Notes: generated from the sequence alone by a model not told the origin. 63,094 nt of DNA, filler included, from Octopus bimaculoides (GCF_001194135.2; 8 parts of 8 records of this genome joined end to end with filler, not necessarily neighbours in it); one strand, 5' to 3'. Positions 11,188 to 24,301 are shown, numbered from the whole stretch's first letter. Numbers and translations are program-made.

Positions 11188-12917
11188 TCTCCTCTTATCT
11201 TCCCTCCTCTCCATAACATAATTATTTGTTATTTGTATATAGAAATATGTGTATTGTGTTACTAATGCAGCAAATCTTATTGATGCTATTGAAAATAAAT
11301 ACAACAATGACAAGGACGACGGCAGCAACAACAACAATGGCGACAACGAAAACTAAAGGCATTACGATTACTAGTAAATGTTTTTAATTATTCGTGATTG
11401 ATTGTAAATGATAAAATGTTAATTTCATTTCTGTTTTCTGTTAGTGTCTTCTCAGGAACTGGGTTCATTTATAAACATGGAGAGAGAGAGAGGGGAGGAG
11501 ATTGTACTGTGTGTGTGTGTGAGAGAGAGAGCGGGGGGGAGACAGACAGGCAGACAGACAGAGGCAAAGATAGAAGCAGAGTAGAGGAATCGAGATAAAG
11601 GAAAATGTAGTAGGAAAAAGGGAGAGAAATTACGAAGGAGGAGACGGAGAGAGAAAAAGAATGAATGAGAGATAGAAAGTGAGAACAGGAAAAGAAAGGG
11701 TGAATAAATAAACAACGAAAGGCAAAGAAAATAAGGAGGGGATGAGAGACGGACAGAGACAGACAGAGTTAGAAAACGAAGAAAGAGAGAGACTAATGGA
11801 AACCATGAAGAGTCAATCATCCTTTTGTTTCATGATGGAAAGAAGGCAGCGTCGAAAGTAACAACAACGACAAGAACAACAATAGATTCACAAATTATCC
11901 ATTAAATATTAAGAATTCATTTTGAAACAAACAAAAGACAAACACAAAAGAAATTATTTTTTTTAAAAAAAAAAGCCCGAAGATATCAGTTCTTATCAAT
12001 AATTCTTATTTTAAACAAAGAATTGCTTGGTAAAAAAAAACGAAGAAACAAAAAGCAACACATAACACACCCACAACTGGTTTCCAAGAATATTTTCCCA
12101 TCTTGTTCCGAAGTACCATGTCAATGATTTTTCTGTAGAATTTTTTTTAAATTAGATTTCTACAGGAAATATTTTTGTTCTTTTTTTTTTTCGTAAATGA
12201 AAGATGCGGTTTTTTCTTCATATTGTCTTGTTTTGTTCTTTTTAATTTCTCTNNNNNNNNNNNNNNNNNNNNNNNNNNNNNNNNNNNNNNNNNNNNNNNN
12301 NNNNNNNNNNNNNNNNNNNNNNNNNNNNNNNNNNNNNNNNNNNNNNNNNNNNNNNNNNNNNNNNNNNNNNNNNNNNNNNNNNNNNNNNNNNNNNNNNNNN
12401 NNNNNNNNNNNNNNNNNNNNNNNNNNNNNNNNNNNNNNNNNNNNNNNNNNNNNNNNNNNNNNNNNNNNNNNNNNNNNNNNNNNNNNNNNNNNNNNNNNNN
12501 NNNNNNNNNNNNNNNNNNNNNNNNNNNNNNNNNNNNNNNNNNNNNNNNNNNNNNNNNNNNNNNNNNNNNNNNNNNNNNNNNNNNNNNNNNNNNNNNNNNN
12601 NNNNNNNNNNNNNNNNNNNNNNNNNNNNNNNNNNNNNNNNNNNNNNNNNNNNNNNNNNNNNNNNNNNNNNNNNNNNNNNNNNNNNNNNNNNNNNNNNNNN
12701 NNNNNNNNNNNNNNNNNNNNNNNNNNNNNNNNNNNNNNNNNNNNNNNNNNNNNNNNNNNNNNNNNNNNNNNNNNNNNNNNNNNNNNNNNNNNNNNNNNNN
12801 NNNNNNNNNNNNNNNNNNNNNNNNNNNNNNNNNNNNNNNNNNNNNNNNNNNNNNNNNNNNNNNNNNNNNNNNNNNNNNNNNNNNNNNNNNNNNNNNNNNN
12901 NNNNNNNNNNNNNNNNN

Positions 12918-12954
<37 letters not shown>

Positions 12955-13134
12955 AGGAAATTGGAAACTTTTTTATATCATTTATACACCATTACACATG
13001 TTTCATTTATTAATAGGACTTACAAAACTGTACAGTTAGTAGAGAATATGTAAGATATTTTCTATAAGAAATTCTTCAAACAGAGAACCAAACGATGCAA
13101 TGTATTGTTTGATACAATATATCTTACGTGTTAA

Positions 13135-13377
13135 GGCAGCGATCTGGCAGAAACGTTAGCACGCCGGGCGAAATGCTTAGCGGTATTTTGTCTGCCGTTA
13201 CGTTCTGAGTTCAAATTCCGCCGAGGTCGACTTTGCTTTCATCCTTTCGGCGTCGATAAATTAAGTACCAGTTACGCACTGGGGTCGATGTAATCGACTT
13301 AATCCCTTTGTCTCTCCTTGTTTGTCCCCTCTATGTTTAGCCTTTTTTGGGCAATAAAGAAATAAGAAACGTTAGCA
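13135..13377 (+). mobile_element. SINE family 2 copy; relatives at ~16195-16410(-), 25225-25365(-), 27640-27860(+), 43535-43760(+)
   Basis: Shared core gagttcaaattccgccgaggtcgactttgc...gtcgatgtaatcgactta, with a B-box-like gttcaaatt, recurs across the window. Confidence 0.8.
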
Positions 13378-13888
13378 NNNNNNNNNNNNNNNNNNNNNNN
13401 NNNNNNNNNNNNNNNNNNNNNNNNNNNNNNNNNNNNNNNNNNNNNNNNNNNNNNNNNNNNNNNNNNNNNNNNNNNNNNNNNNNNNNNNNNNNNNNNNNNN
13501 NNNNNNNNNNNNNNNNNNNNNNNNNNNNNNNNNNNNNNNNNNNNNNNNNNNNNNNNNNNNNNNNNNNNNNNNNNNNNNNNNNNNNNNNNNNNNNNNNNNN
13601 NNNNNNNNNNNNNNNNNNNNNNNNNNNNNNNNNNNNNNNNNNNNNNNNNNNNNNNNNNNNNNNNNNNNNNNNNNNNNNNNNNNNNNNNNNNNNNNNNNNN
13701 NNNNNNNNNNNNNNNNNNNNNNNNNNNNNNNNNNNNNNNNNNNNNNNNNNNNNNNNNNNNNNNNNNNNNNNNNNNNNNNNNNNNNNNNNNNNNNNNNNNN
13801 NNNNNNNNNNNNNNNNNNNNNNNNNNNNNNNNNNNNNNNNNNNNNNNNNNNNNNNNNNNNNNNNNNNNNNNNNNNNNNNNNNNNNNNN

Positions 13889-13956
<68 letters not shown>

Positions 13957-13974
13957 TGTCTGTCTGTCTGTATG

Positions 13975-14295
13975 TGTGTGTGGTTAGAACATCGGGCTTA
14001 CAATTGTGAGGTTGTGAGTTCGGTTTCTGGATCGGACAGTCTGTTATTTTCCTGAGCAAAACACTTTATTTCATGTTGCTACAGTTCACACAGTTCAGCT
14101 GTATGCATGAGTTGCGACTAGTGCCAAGCTCTATCGACCCTTGCCTTTCCCTTGGACAACAGCAGTGGGGTGGAGAGCGGAGACTGGTATGCATAGGCGA
14201 TTGCTGGTCTTCCACAAATAATCTTGCCCGGACTTGTATCTTGGAGAACTTCCTAGGTGCAATTCTATGGGCATTCGTGACCGAAGGAGGTTTTC
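13975..14295 (+). mobile_element. tRNA-derived SINE (family 4)
   Basis: A-box-like gtggttagaacatcgg and B-box-like gagttcggtttc, followed by a SINE-like body; no complete cloverleaf. Confidence 0.6.
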
Positions 14296-14830
14296 TATAC
14301 GTACATCACAAAATATCAACTAAATTATGACTGGAAGATAGCAATTAACTCAAAGTAGCCGCGCTCGGCTTCCTTCACGGCTTCCTTCACGGCCTCAAAA
14401 CGGCTTCGGAAACTGGCGCATGCCTTCCTCACTGTGTTCTTAGGAAGCTCTTCGAACACCTTTTTGAACTTGGCCAATGGTTCGGCTTTAGTGGTACAGG
14501 GAGAGCTGCTTATATTTTTCTGAACCCCGCCCCACATCTAGTAATACATGTAATTACAATCAGGGGGATTAGGAAGCCACAAATTGAGGACAGTGAAGCC
14601 GAGGGAATTATCCGACGACTACTTCTAGCTCTTTCCGAGGTATGGAAAGGAACCGAATCCTGCTGCCACACATATGGCCTTCCAGTAGCAACTCCCTTAA
14701 GTTAGGAATTGACAACATTCTCCAGCCGTCTGAATTGAACTTGTTCAAGGATGTTGGGACAGACACCGGTGTATGAGCGTAGTCATCAATAACTGCTGTG
14801 TCCATTACTACTGGTTACAGTTTGGTAGTC
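14290..14830 (-). mobile_element. Second DD37D (maT)-type transposase relic (C-terminal half)
   Basis: Minus strand, frame-broken: VATGRPYVWQQDSVPFHTS...PNPPDCNYMYY*MWGG...TVRKACASFRSRFEAVKEA...GYFE*. Confidence 0.8.
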
Positions 14831-15139
14831 TCTGTTGCAGCTGCCCATGTCACACCTTACAACCTTTACAGTGTTCGACATTTTTACACCCGGCGCGATT
14901 CATTATGAAAGAAGTAACTCTTTTCCAAAATCCATATGGCTTCCTGTTCTCTATATAAGCTAACTTTTTCTCAACTACAACTTTCATATTTATGCTCTCC
15001 AACATTGTTGACTGTTCACCAATACATCAAGTGGTACCTTAAAAAATTAGACGTAAAAAGAATCATCAAATTTATCCAGAAGATCCTGTGTATATNNNNN
15101 NNNNNNNNNNNNNNNNNNNNNNNNNNNNNNNNNNNNNNN

Positions 15140-15151
15140 TTAATTAATTAA
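15140..15151. other. Artificial scaffolding spacer TTAATTAATTAA inside N44 flanks; also at 27333, 33005, 49128, 53491, 58780, 61650
   Basis: The identical 12-mer, a six-frame stop linker containing a PacI site, is embedded in N blocks seven times. Confidence 0.95.
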
Positions 15152-15257
15152 NNNNNNNNNNNNNNNNNNNNNNNNNNNNNNNNNNNNNNNNNNNNTGTGG
15201 GTGTGTGGGTGTGGGTGTAGGTGTGGGTGTGGGTGTAGGTGTGGGTGTGTGGGTGTG

Positions 15258-15420
15258 TGCTTGTCCCTGTAACTTAGCGGTTTGACAAAAAGAGACCGAT
15301 ACAATAAGTACTAGTCTTACAAAGAATAAGTCCTGGGGTCGATTTCCTCGACTAAAGGCGGTGCTCCAGCATGGCTACAGTCAAATGACTGAAGCAAGTA
15401 AAAGAGTGAAAGTAAAAGAG
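15258..15420 (+). mobile_element. SINE family 1, 3' module; other copies ~26855-27050, 33866-33965, 58340-58530, 61425-61550 (+) and 16840-16990, 50665-50840 (-)
   Basis: Recurrent gtaacttagcggttcg..gagaccgatagaataagtactaggcttacaaagaataagtcctgggg..ggtgctccagcatggcc..aatgactgaaacaag. Confidence 0.85.
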
Positions 15421-15814
15421 TGTATATATATATATATATATATTGGATAGTTAAGTATAAACCTTTAGCATTCAAACCTGCCATATCCAATCCAGATATT
15501 CCACCTGTTTTTTGCTTTAAACCAGCCAGATCTGACCTCTCACACCTACCCTACAATGTCATTTTAAAAGTAAACAGTCACATCGTAGAAATCTCAAGGC
15601 TATGAAAAAGACATGACTTATTCAAAACAATGTGGATAAATAAGCATTAGCATTTGACAATAATTTGAATGTTAAAAGAATAAAGGAGAACAGAGAAAGA
15701 AATAATGTTTCAAAGTAAAGATTATTTGCCAACATAATGTGACAGACCCGTTTAGGACGAACGTTATTGTTGTTTAGCCCCAGGAAACATCGTCTCTATA
15801 CGACACTCTGTTCT

Positions 15815-15959
15815 TATATTTTCGAACAGGGGAGTTTAGCATCTCAGCTCAGCTCAAAGCAATACCTGAGGACCGTGGTTTCTGAGTTATTTCTCTTCCT
15901 CGATACAGAATAACTGCTAGACAAGAGGTGGCGCTTCTAAATCCCTGTTCGAAAATATA
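15815..15959. mobile_element. Putative 145-bp MITE
   Basis: Perfect 17-bp terminal inverted repeat tatattttcgaacaggg / ccctgttcgaaaatata. Confidence 0.55.
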
Positions 15960-16987
15960 TTGTTTTCATAGTGACACACAGTTACTGACCTAATAAATAG
16001 AAACATTATTATTTCTAAATCTTTCAATGAGAGACATTCAGTTACAGTACTGTTTAAGTTGTCGATTTCATTGTTGTCTTTTCATTAAAAGTATTTCGTT
16101 TCAGTCTTTTTTGAATGGTTTTTGTCTTGTTTATTTTTCGAGTCTTCGTACTCATAGAACACGTTACCAAGTTTCCGTGACCGAGATCATAACACCCTCT
16201 CTTAAACTGGACACCGGTCCATTACAGTGTTGAAAGCCAACAATTTTGAGGGGACTCACTAGTACTAGACTGATTCTTTTATTTCATCAATCAAGAAGGA
16301 ACGAAAGGAAAAATTCGACTTCGGCTGCATTTGAACTCAGAACCTAAAAAATATTGTGGAAGCATTTTGTCCGACGTGCAAACGATTCTGCCAACTCACC
16401 ACCTTGCTTGTTGTCTAGACTTTGGAAAATAGGAAAATGTTTAATATTCCCATATACCTTACACAAAAAGCGCACAAAAATCAATATAAAAAGGAATGGA
16501 AATGAATGAATAAGAAGCACTTTAGTTTTATGAGTTTATAGACTTGCACCAGATTATGGAATATAGAAAATTAAATGTTTTATTGTAGTTTTATATATTG
16601 TAAAATCGATGATTATTTTCAGTTTTCTTTTATTCCTCTCGTTGTGTGTTGACCATTTAGCAGCCATATGTGTTTTCAATTTTTCTTCTGACTTACATCG
16701 CTCTCATCACTGTTATAGATATTCATTTTCCTGGGTTTTTCGTATCAAACTATATATTCTAGTAACGGTGTTAAGTTCTCTGACTCTTCTTCGTTTGTCT
16801 CTCAGATGTATTTCTCTCTTTAGTCCTTTATGTTTTACCTTTTTCTTGTTTCAGTCAGTAGACTGCGGCCATGCTGGAACACTGCCTTCAAGAATTTTTA
16901 AGTACCTATTCTATCGGTTTCTAAGCCGAACCTTTAAGTTACGGAACGTAAACACACCAACATCAATGTAAAGCGATGGTGGGAGCA

Positions 16988-17037
<50 letters not shown>

Positions 17038-17200
17038 NNNNNNNNNNNNNNNNNNNNNNNNNNNNNNNNNNNNNNNNNNNNNNNNNNNNNNNNNNNNNNN
17101 NNNNNNNNNNNNNNNNNNNNNNNNNNNNNNNNNNNNNNNNNNNNNNNNNNNNNNNNNNNNNNNNNNNNNNNNNNNNNNNNNNNNNNNNNNNNNNNNNNNN

Positions 17201-17245
<45 letters not shown>

Positions 17246-17399
17246 ATCATTTAACGTCTGTTTTCCATGCTGGCATGGGTTGGACGGTTTGAATGGAACT
17301 GGTAAGCCGGAGAGCTGCACCAGATTCCAGTCTGATTTGGCATGGTTTCGACGGCTGGATGCACTTCCTAACACCAATAACACCAATATATATATCTGC

Positions 17400-17660
17400 C
17401 AAATCCACTCACAAGGCTTTGTTCGGCCGGAGTCTGTAGTAGAAGACACTTTTTCCACACAGTAGGACTGAACCCAGGACAATGCGTTTGGAAAGCAAGC
17501 TTCTTACCACACAGCCACACCGGTGCCTCTATTTCATTTCTTGTATTACGTTAGAGATTAGATACGTATACCGTCTTTTAAATATAACAAACCTCTTCCG
17601 GTCTTAAAGTGGTTGCTGTCTTGATGGTGTTAACACTGTTCATCGTCAGGCAGTGAATTA
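17400..17660. repeat. Local direct duplication, copy 1 (copy 2 at ~19350-19617): SINE head plus unique flank
   Basis: Both copies share the SINE-flank junction and continue cctctatttcatttcttg..gttagagattagatacgtataccgtcttttaaatata..ctgttcatcgtcaggcagtgaattaa. Confidence 0.9.
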
Positions 17661-18370
17661 ACAGTGTGGTTACTTTAGTTGATTAAACGAATGGCGCTTT
17701 GATGTCAAATAACGCCGACAGTCTCCATTTTGTCGTTGACATAATAAATCACAAACGCAGGTGGTTGAGTGGCAGAAGTCTTAAAGCGCTAGACTATATC
17801 TATTTATTTAAATATTTATTTATTTATTTCGTGTCTTTAAATTCTGAGATTTTGCAAGGCCGATGTACTTCGTCACCTAGTTTAACTATTTCAACCGAAC
17901 ATTTATGAAAACATTCATATATTCATTGCTACCATTTATGTCCAATGTGGCCTTCCTGCTTTTAGGACGGTAGCTTTTCCTTTTCGCTTTTTCCATTCAT
18001 TGATAGGACTACAGCCGTTCGAGGGCGCCACCTTGAAGAATTTAGTTGAAAAAATCTACCCTTGTACACATATTTTTAAAGTCTGGTCTTATTGTATCGG
18101 TCTATTTAGCCGGACTGCTATGTTACGGGGTCGTAAACAAACCAGTTGTCAAGCGATTAGAAGACAAAAACAAAAAAAGCAAAGAAATACATATAAATAT
18201 GACGTTCTTCTATGCAGTTTCCATCTACCAATTTTGCTCGAAAGGTATTGGTCGGCCTTGGACGATATTAGAAAACACTAACTCAAAGTGCTTTACAGCA
18301 AGATTGAACCTAAAATCCGGTGGCTGCAAAGTAAGTTTCTTAACTACGCAGCCGTGCCTGAATCTATCGT

Positions 18371-18742
18371 GGCACTCCGTCGGTTACGACGACGAGGGTT
18401 CCCGTTGATCCGATCAACAGAACAGTCTGCTAGTGGAATTAACGTGCAAGTGGCTGAGCACTCCACAGATACGTGTACACTTAACGTAGTTCTCGGGGAG
18501 ATTCAGCGTGACACAGAATGTGACAAGGGTGAACCTTTGAAATACAGGTACAACAGAAACAGGAAGAGTGAATTAAAGTTGTGGTGACAGAGTACAGCAG
18601 AGCTCACCCCTCCCCGCTCAAGGAGCCTTGTGGAGCTTTAGGTGTTTTCACTCAATAAACTCTCACAATGCCCGGTCTGGGAATCGAAACCGCGATCCTA
18701 CGACCGCGAGTCCGCTGTCCTAACCACTGGGCCATTGCGCCT
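18371..18742 (-). mobile_element. tRNA-derived SINE family 3 (full length); copy at 49746-50095(+), head only at ~35881-35921(+)
   Basis: Head ggcgcaatggcccagtggttagg..ggtttcgattccc (A and B boxes) and shared 3' body gtggagtgctcagccacttgcac..ccgttgatcggatca..cgtaaccgacggagtgc. Confidence 0.85.
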
Positions 18743-20362
18743 AAACTCCTGAATCTATATGTAGGCTATAATTTAGAGGAAGCTTCATTCTTGCTTTTAG
18801 CAAGTCAATCAGTGAATTAAATATCTTTTTAGAGTTGTTATTTCTTCAAGGAAACTTACATAAGTTTAATTATGAATAGCATTTTATTTATTCACTCTTC
18901 TGGGCCGTAATGATTTAGTATTTTAGCTGTGTTTGTGTGATTGCCTTCTCACTATTATACTGCATAAACACATGATAAACGGCTGCAAGAAAAGTGTTGT
19001 TTGTTTGAAGCGATTTGTCCCGGAAAAGGCTTGAGGCTACTGTAGCAAGCATACATGATGGGCTTCCATACAGTCTCCAATTACCAAGTTCAATTCATAA
19101 AGGATTGGGAAACCAGCGGCTATAAAAAAAGACATTTTAACCTAAGAGGCACACAGAGGTATCGAACACGAGTCCTTGTGACTCCGAACCTAACATTAAC
19201 CATACAACGATGCCTACTTCTATTTACATCATCAAACTAGCAGAAAAGTATTTGGCCAAGTCAACGAGGATAGCGGATTAACGACATTACACGTGACATT
19301 TATGTTTTTAACGATTTTGTCCCAAACAACGCTTGAGGCCACAGTAGCCAAATCTATTCACAGGGCTTTGGTTGGCTGGGGTTCTGTAGTAGAAGACACT
19401 TGTCCAAGGTTTCACACAGTAGAACTGAACCCGGGACAATGTGTTTGGAAAGCAAGCTTTTTACCACACGGTCACACCTTGCCTCTATTTCATTTCTTGC
19501 ATTACGTTAGAGATTAGATACGTATACCGTCTTTTAAATATAATATATCTCTTCCAGTCTTAAAGTCGTTGCTGTCTTGATGGTGTTAATACTGTTCATC
19601 GTCAGGCAGTGAATTAAAAATGGAAAAGAAGAGGCCTGCAAATGCATAAGATGTCGACGGAGAGAAAGCTTCAAGGTCAGAACATTATAGACTAGAGGTA
19701 AACAAGACGATGCATTCGATTTCTAGCGAGCGGTAGTCCGAGGTAAGAAGCTATGCGATTTTAAGGATCTATGATTAACAGGAAGCTAAACAGAACCAAT
19801 GCATCTGGAAAGAGAAGCGGATGACACGTTTAAAGGCTTTGACACAGAGTACTAGGACGAAAAGATCATCAGAGCAATGACTATGGAAATATTTAAAGAA
19901 AAGAGACAATGAATATATATCGACAATGAACCAGAAACTCCGATCTGGAAGAAAGAAGAGGACTCACCGTGTTAACAACTTGATTAAATTTGATCAAGCA
20001 CGTTAAGACGCTCAGAGGAGGCACAGCCCAATGATAACAGTTGGAAGGCGTTTATCTTTTCAACTATACTTAGTGCCAAACCTTCCCGAAAAGAATTTTA
20101 TTCGTCGTCATTTGGTTATCTGCTTCTCAATTTGGCCAACGTCGCCTTACTTCTTTTTCTAACTTAACTGGCTGCTTAACTGTAAATGATGTAAGCACAA
20201 TGTCAATTTGTAATTACGACTAAGACGATTCAAACAGACTTTGGGAATGGCATGGAAATTATTTGTTGAACTGGGAGAGGAAAGGGCAAATTTTGGAGAA
20301 TAATGATTGTCGATGTCAGCTCCATGACTACAGCAACAGCAACAACAACAACAACAACAACA

Positions 20363-20409
<47 letters not shown>

Positions 20410-20732
20410 GACTACTACTACCACTACCTATTATACAAATATGGAAAGGCTCAGAAACTGAAAACACATCTTAAAATAAGAAAGGGAACATTGGTTATTG
20501 TAGTCCAAGAAACACAATGTCTGAAATAAAGACGAAATAAACACAATTTGCATTATTTGAACATACGTTTGCGGTTTTACATTTGTTTTTATTTTTTAAA
20601 TTTTTTGCAAGATACAGAAGAAGGAGCGAGAAGGCTCGATAAGAGACCGACATGGACTGATATAGGTAAAAAACAATAAATTTAAACTGGTACACACACA
20701 CACACACACGCACATATACCTATGTATGTAAG

Positions 20733-20782
<50 letters not shown>

Positions 20783-21040
20783 AACGATGAATCTTTTCAT
20801 TACGAAATGTTTCGTTATTTCTTCATTANNNNNNNNNNNNNNNNNNNNNNNNNNNNNNNNNNNNNNNNNNNNNNNNNNNNNNNNNNNNNNNNNNNNNNNN
20901 NNNNNNNNNNNNNNNNNNNNNNNNNNNNNNNNNNNNNNNNNNNNNNNNNNNNNNNNNNNNNNNNNNNNNNNTATATATATATATATTTACACATATATAC
21001 ATATACGTATATACATAAGTTTATACACACACAAATATAT

Positions 21041-21118
21041 ATGGATAAATTAAGAAATGGAGTCAAACGCAGATGTTTTTCAACAACTACGCTTGACTCC
21101 ATTTCTTGATTTATCCAT
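21041..21118. repeat. 26-bp near-perfect hairpin with 26-nt loop
   Basis: atggataaattaagaaatggagtcaa (21041-21066) versus ttgactccatttcttgatttatccat (21093-21118); one T.G wobble. Confidence 0.92.
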
Positions 21119-21290
21119 CTTATAAAAAAAATTTCGCTTATCTCTGGAATTTCTACCTTTATAGGTAGGCCGTAATATCTTTGGCACTTATGTGAATTTT
21201 TGCTACCTCAGTAAGTATTCATTTATTTTTTCTTGTAATTTGTACACATTGATGAAGTATACATACATTTATATACACGTCTGTCATACC

Positions 21291-21330
21291 GGCCATGACG
21301 AAGGGTATTAGCCCTGAAACTCGAGTCGCC
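21291..21330 (+). ncRNA. Minimal type I hammerhead ribozyme-like motif
   Basis: ggc-C(a)TGACGA-agggt atta gccct-GAAAC-tcga-GTC-gcc. Stems I and II pair and the TCGA loop III is palindromic; there is one extra A in the CUGA box. Confidence 0.7.
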
Positions 21331-22452
21331 TTTATATATATATATTTATATTTATATATTTATATATTTGATCCTTTATATTGAACACTCAATATTTCAT
21401 CTACATTCAATACTTTCTTTCATGGTGCCATCCATTTTTATGTTATTTTATTTTATATTGTATATTGTATATCATATTATATATTGTATATTCCATATTC
21501 TATACCCCACATTAGTTCTGTAGGAATATAAATAAAACATAAAAAACAGACAGTGTTGGAACTCTTTTAAGCAAAATAATATATTCCTCTATACACAATC
21601 ATACAAAAAACCCCACCTTTTTTGTATTTATTTTTACTCGCATATATATATATACATATGCATATATGGGTACGGGACATCACCAACAGTAAACAACATT
21701 AAATGCGAAAGCAAATGAGTTCACTACGCAAACAACGTGAGAAACAAATGGAAAACAGGACAAGTAACATAAAGGACGACCCTTCATCAGTTATCGGCTG
21801 TCTGTCTACTCATTTCGAGCGCATATGTACTAATGTGTTTGTATGTATATATATATATATNNNNNNNNNNNNNNNNNNNNNNNNNNNNNNNNNNNNNNNN
21901 NNNNNNNNNNNNNNNNNNNNNNNNNNNNNNNNNNNNNNNNNNNNNNNNNNNNNNNNNNNNNNNNNNNNNNNNNNNNNNNNNNNNNNNNNNNNNNNNNNNN
22001 NNNNNNNNNNNNNNNNNNNNNNNNNNNNNNNNNNNNNNNNNNNNNNNNNNNNNNNNNNNNNNNNNNNNNNNNNNNNNNNNNNNNNNNNNNNNNNNNNNNN
22101 NNNNNNNNNNNNNNNNNNNNNNNNNNNNNNNNNNNNNNNGATATTTTAGTTAGCGTGATAAAAGGGGTAGTGGTGGCGGTGGAGGCACCCCACCCTTTGG
22201 TTTCACTTCTTATCAGTTCTAGATTCTTCAAACAGAAGCAAATAAATAAGAATCTGTATCTTAACTTCCGTTTAAATTAGACGTCATAGATTTTTTTGTT
22301 TTTTTTGTTTTTTTGATTTTTTTTAACATCAAACTATAAAGACTTCACCTTTCTCCGTTTAAAGAAGAACAGAAGAAGAAGAAGAAGAAGAACAACAACA
22401 ACAACAACAATAACAACAACAACAACTACTACAACAACAACAACAACAACAA

Positions 22453-22487
<35 letters not shown>

Positions 22488-23760
22488 AATGCGGCAGCGG
22501 AGGTGGCGACAAAACTGGGATCCTGTTCGAACACAGCCATAAATTTGGAAAGAGGAAATGAACTTCCCACCATACCAATACCCAATGCTTGTTTGATACG
22601 TGTTTAATCGACCTCGGAAGGGGGAAAGATAAGTAAATCACATCGAGGGATTCTGGCGGCCATCGTTTTTTGAGGTGCTCTGTGTTAATTAATTCGGGTA
22701 ATATTCTGCTTGTCACAAACTCTATTCGTGTGTTATGTTTTAGATAACCTTAACTATGGAACAAAATGGGAGACACAGTCGAAGCTTTAATATAATAAAA
22801 CAACTTGAGGCGATGAGCTGAAAGAATCGTTCCTGCACCGGACAAAATATTTAGCAGCATTTCTTCCGATTTCACGTTCTGAATACAAACTCCGCTGGGC
22901 TCAACATCGCATTTCATCCTTTCCGCAAATTCTACCAAAGTTTAGTACTTTAAATGCTTTCTCTTCCAAGACAGTTATTGAGTTACTTGAGCGCTTGGTG
23001 TGTCTATCAGGCCATCCGTTCAATAAATTGTTATTTAAGAAATCATTTATGGGGGTAATGTTAAGTCCCGCTGTGGGAGGCATAGGAGACCATTGTAAGG
23101 TACGGTGTTACCTTTTAAAGTTAGCGAAACACATTCGTCTCCGCTACTTGTCTGAACTCGGTCGAATTCTTCTAGAGAGAAAGGAGACCGGACCTTAACA
23201 GGAATAATACTTTGTTTATCGACCCTGAATGCTTGAACAGCAGAGCTGATCATGGCAGATTTGAACTTAAGAACACCGACAGGATGTGGCGGACTGGCCA
23301 GGTTGCCAGCTTGCCCAATGACAAGTGAGCCCCTGCGCCATTAGAATCCATATATAGAGGCCCATGTTAGTATCTGAGGGGACCATCCCCTCAAGTTTGA
23401 GAATTTGTTATTCATTCCTGGAAGAATGAATCAATTATTTCAACCTGGCTGTGTTTGTAGACAGTTGAAAAGCATTGTAGTTGCTGGTGGGCCTCTTGTA
23501 GTTGCGAATGGGACCCTTTAGTCTCCTGGCAACCAATATTTTTAGACCCAGTCTGCCACTGCCGACAGGAATGAATATCGTAAAACATTTAATACAGTGC
23601 TCTAAGAACTCTGCCAAAACAATTATCGAGAATTTATGTAAAATCAAAGAAGTGAATCACTAGATATATACAGTAAATAATTCTAACATAAGAACAAGGC
23701 CCTAAATTTTACTACGGTCAAGTTCTCTTTTATTAATTAATCAGTTAATTAATTCATTCA

Positions 23761-23803
<43 letters not shown>

Positions 23804-24183
23804 ACTCTGTCCCCCTCTCTTTCTCTCTCCCTCTCATATCCTCAGAATCGGCAATGCCATGCTGTGAGAAGGATGTAGGGTATCACTCACAGTAACCTGA
23901 CGCCACCCTCCCCAATGAATTATTTCGGGTTTGGATAATTCATCTTTGGAAACATAGGTGTTTTGTTCATCATCCTTAAACAACCCTTATTCAGGAACCT
24001 TTTGAGCGGGATGGGTTACTTGGCATGAAGTAAATTCTAACTGGGCCTCAGCTGTTTATCCTGATATGAGATCATTATGTCGCGCATATATGGTTGCGAT
24101 GCATGTGCCTGGAGTACCCTTATCAGATGGGTATACTGGGCTTTGTACATTTGTGCCCCAGTGTCAATTTGATGGCATCCACT

Positions 24184-24246
<63 letters not shown>

Positions 24247-24251
24247 CAATG

Positions 24252-24301
<50 letters not shown>

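Noticed and set aside
12175-14059. Long ORFs of 200-300 aa (also 24066-25063 and 33874-34749)
   Set aside because: They consist mostly of X from N-gaps.
14600-14700. CGSRIRFLS resembling an RTE C-terminal zinc finger
   Set aside because: Another frame reads GRPYVWQQDS, the maT transposase catalytic motif, continuous with the adjacent relic.
18670-18742. tRNA-like sequence with A and B boxes
   Set aside because: It is the head of a SINE (same body at 49746-50095), with no proper acceptor stem or cloverleaf.
21700-21830. CTGATGA and GAAA motifs on the minus strand
   Set aside because: No GAAA follows the putative stem II and the stems do not close; not a supportable hammerhead.
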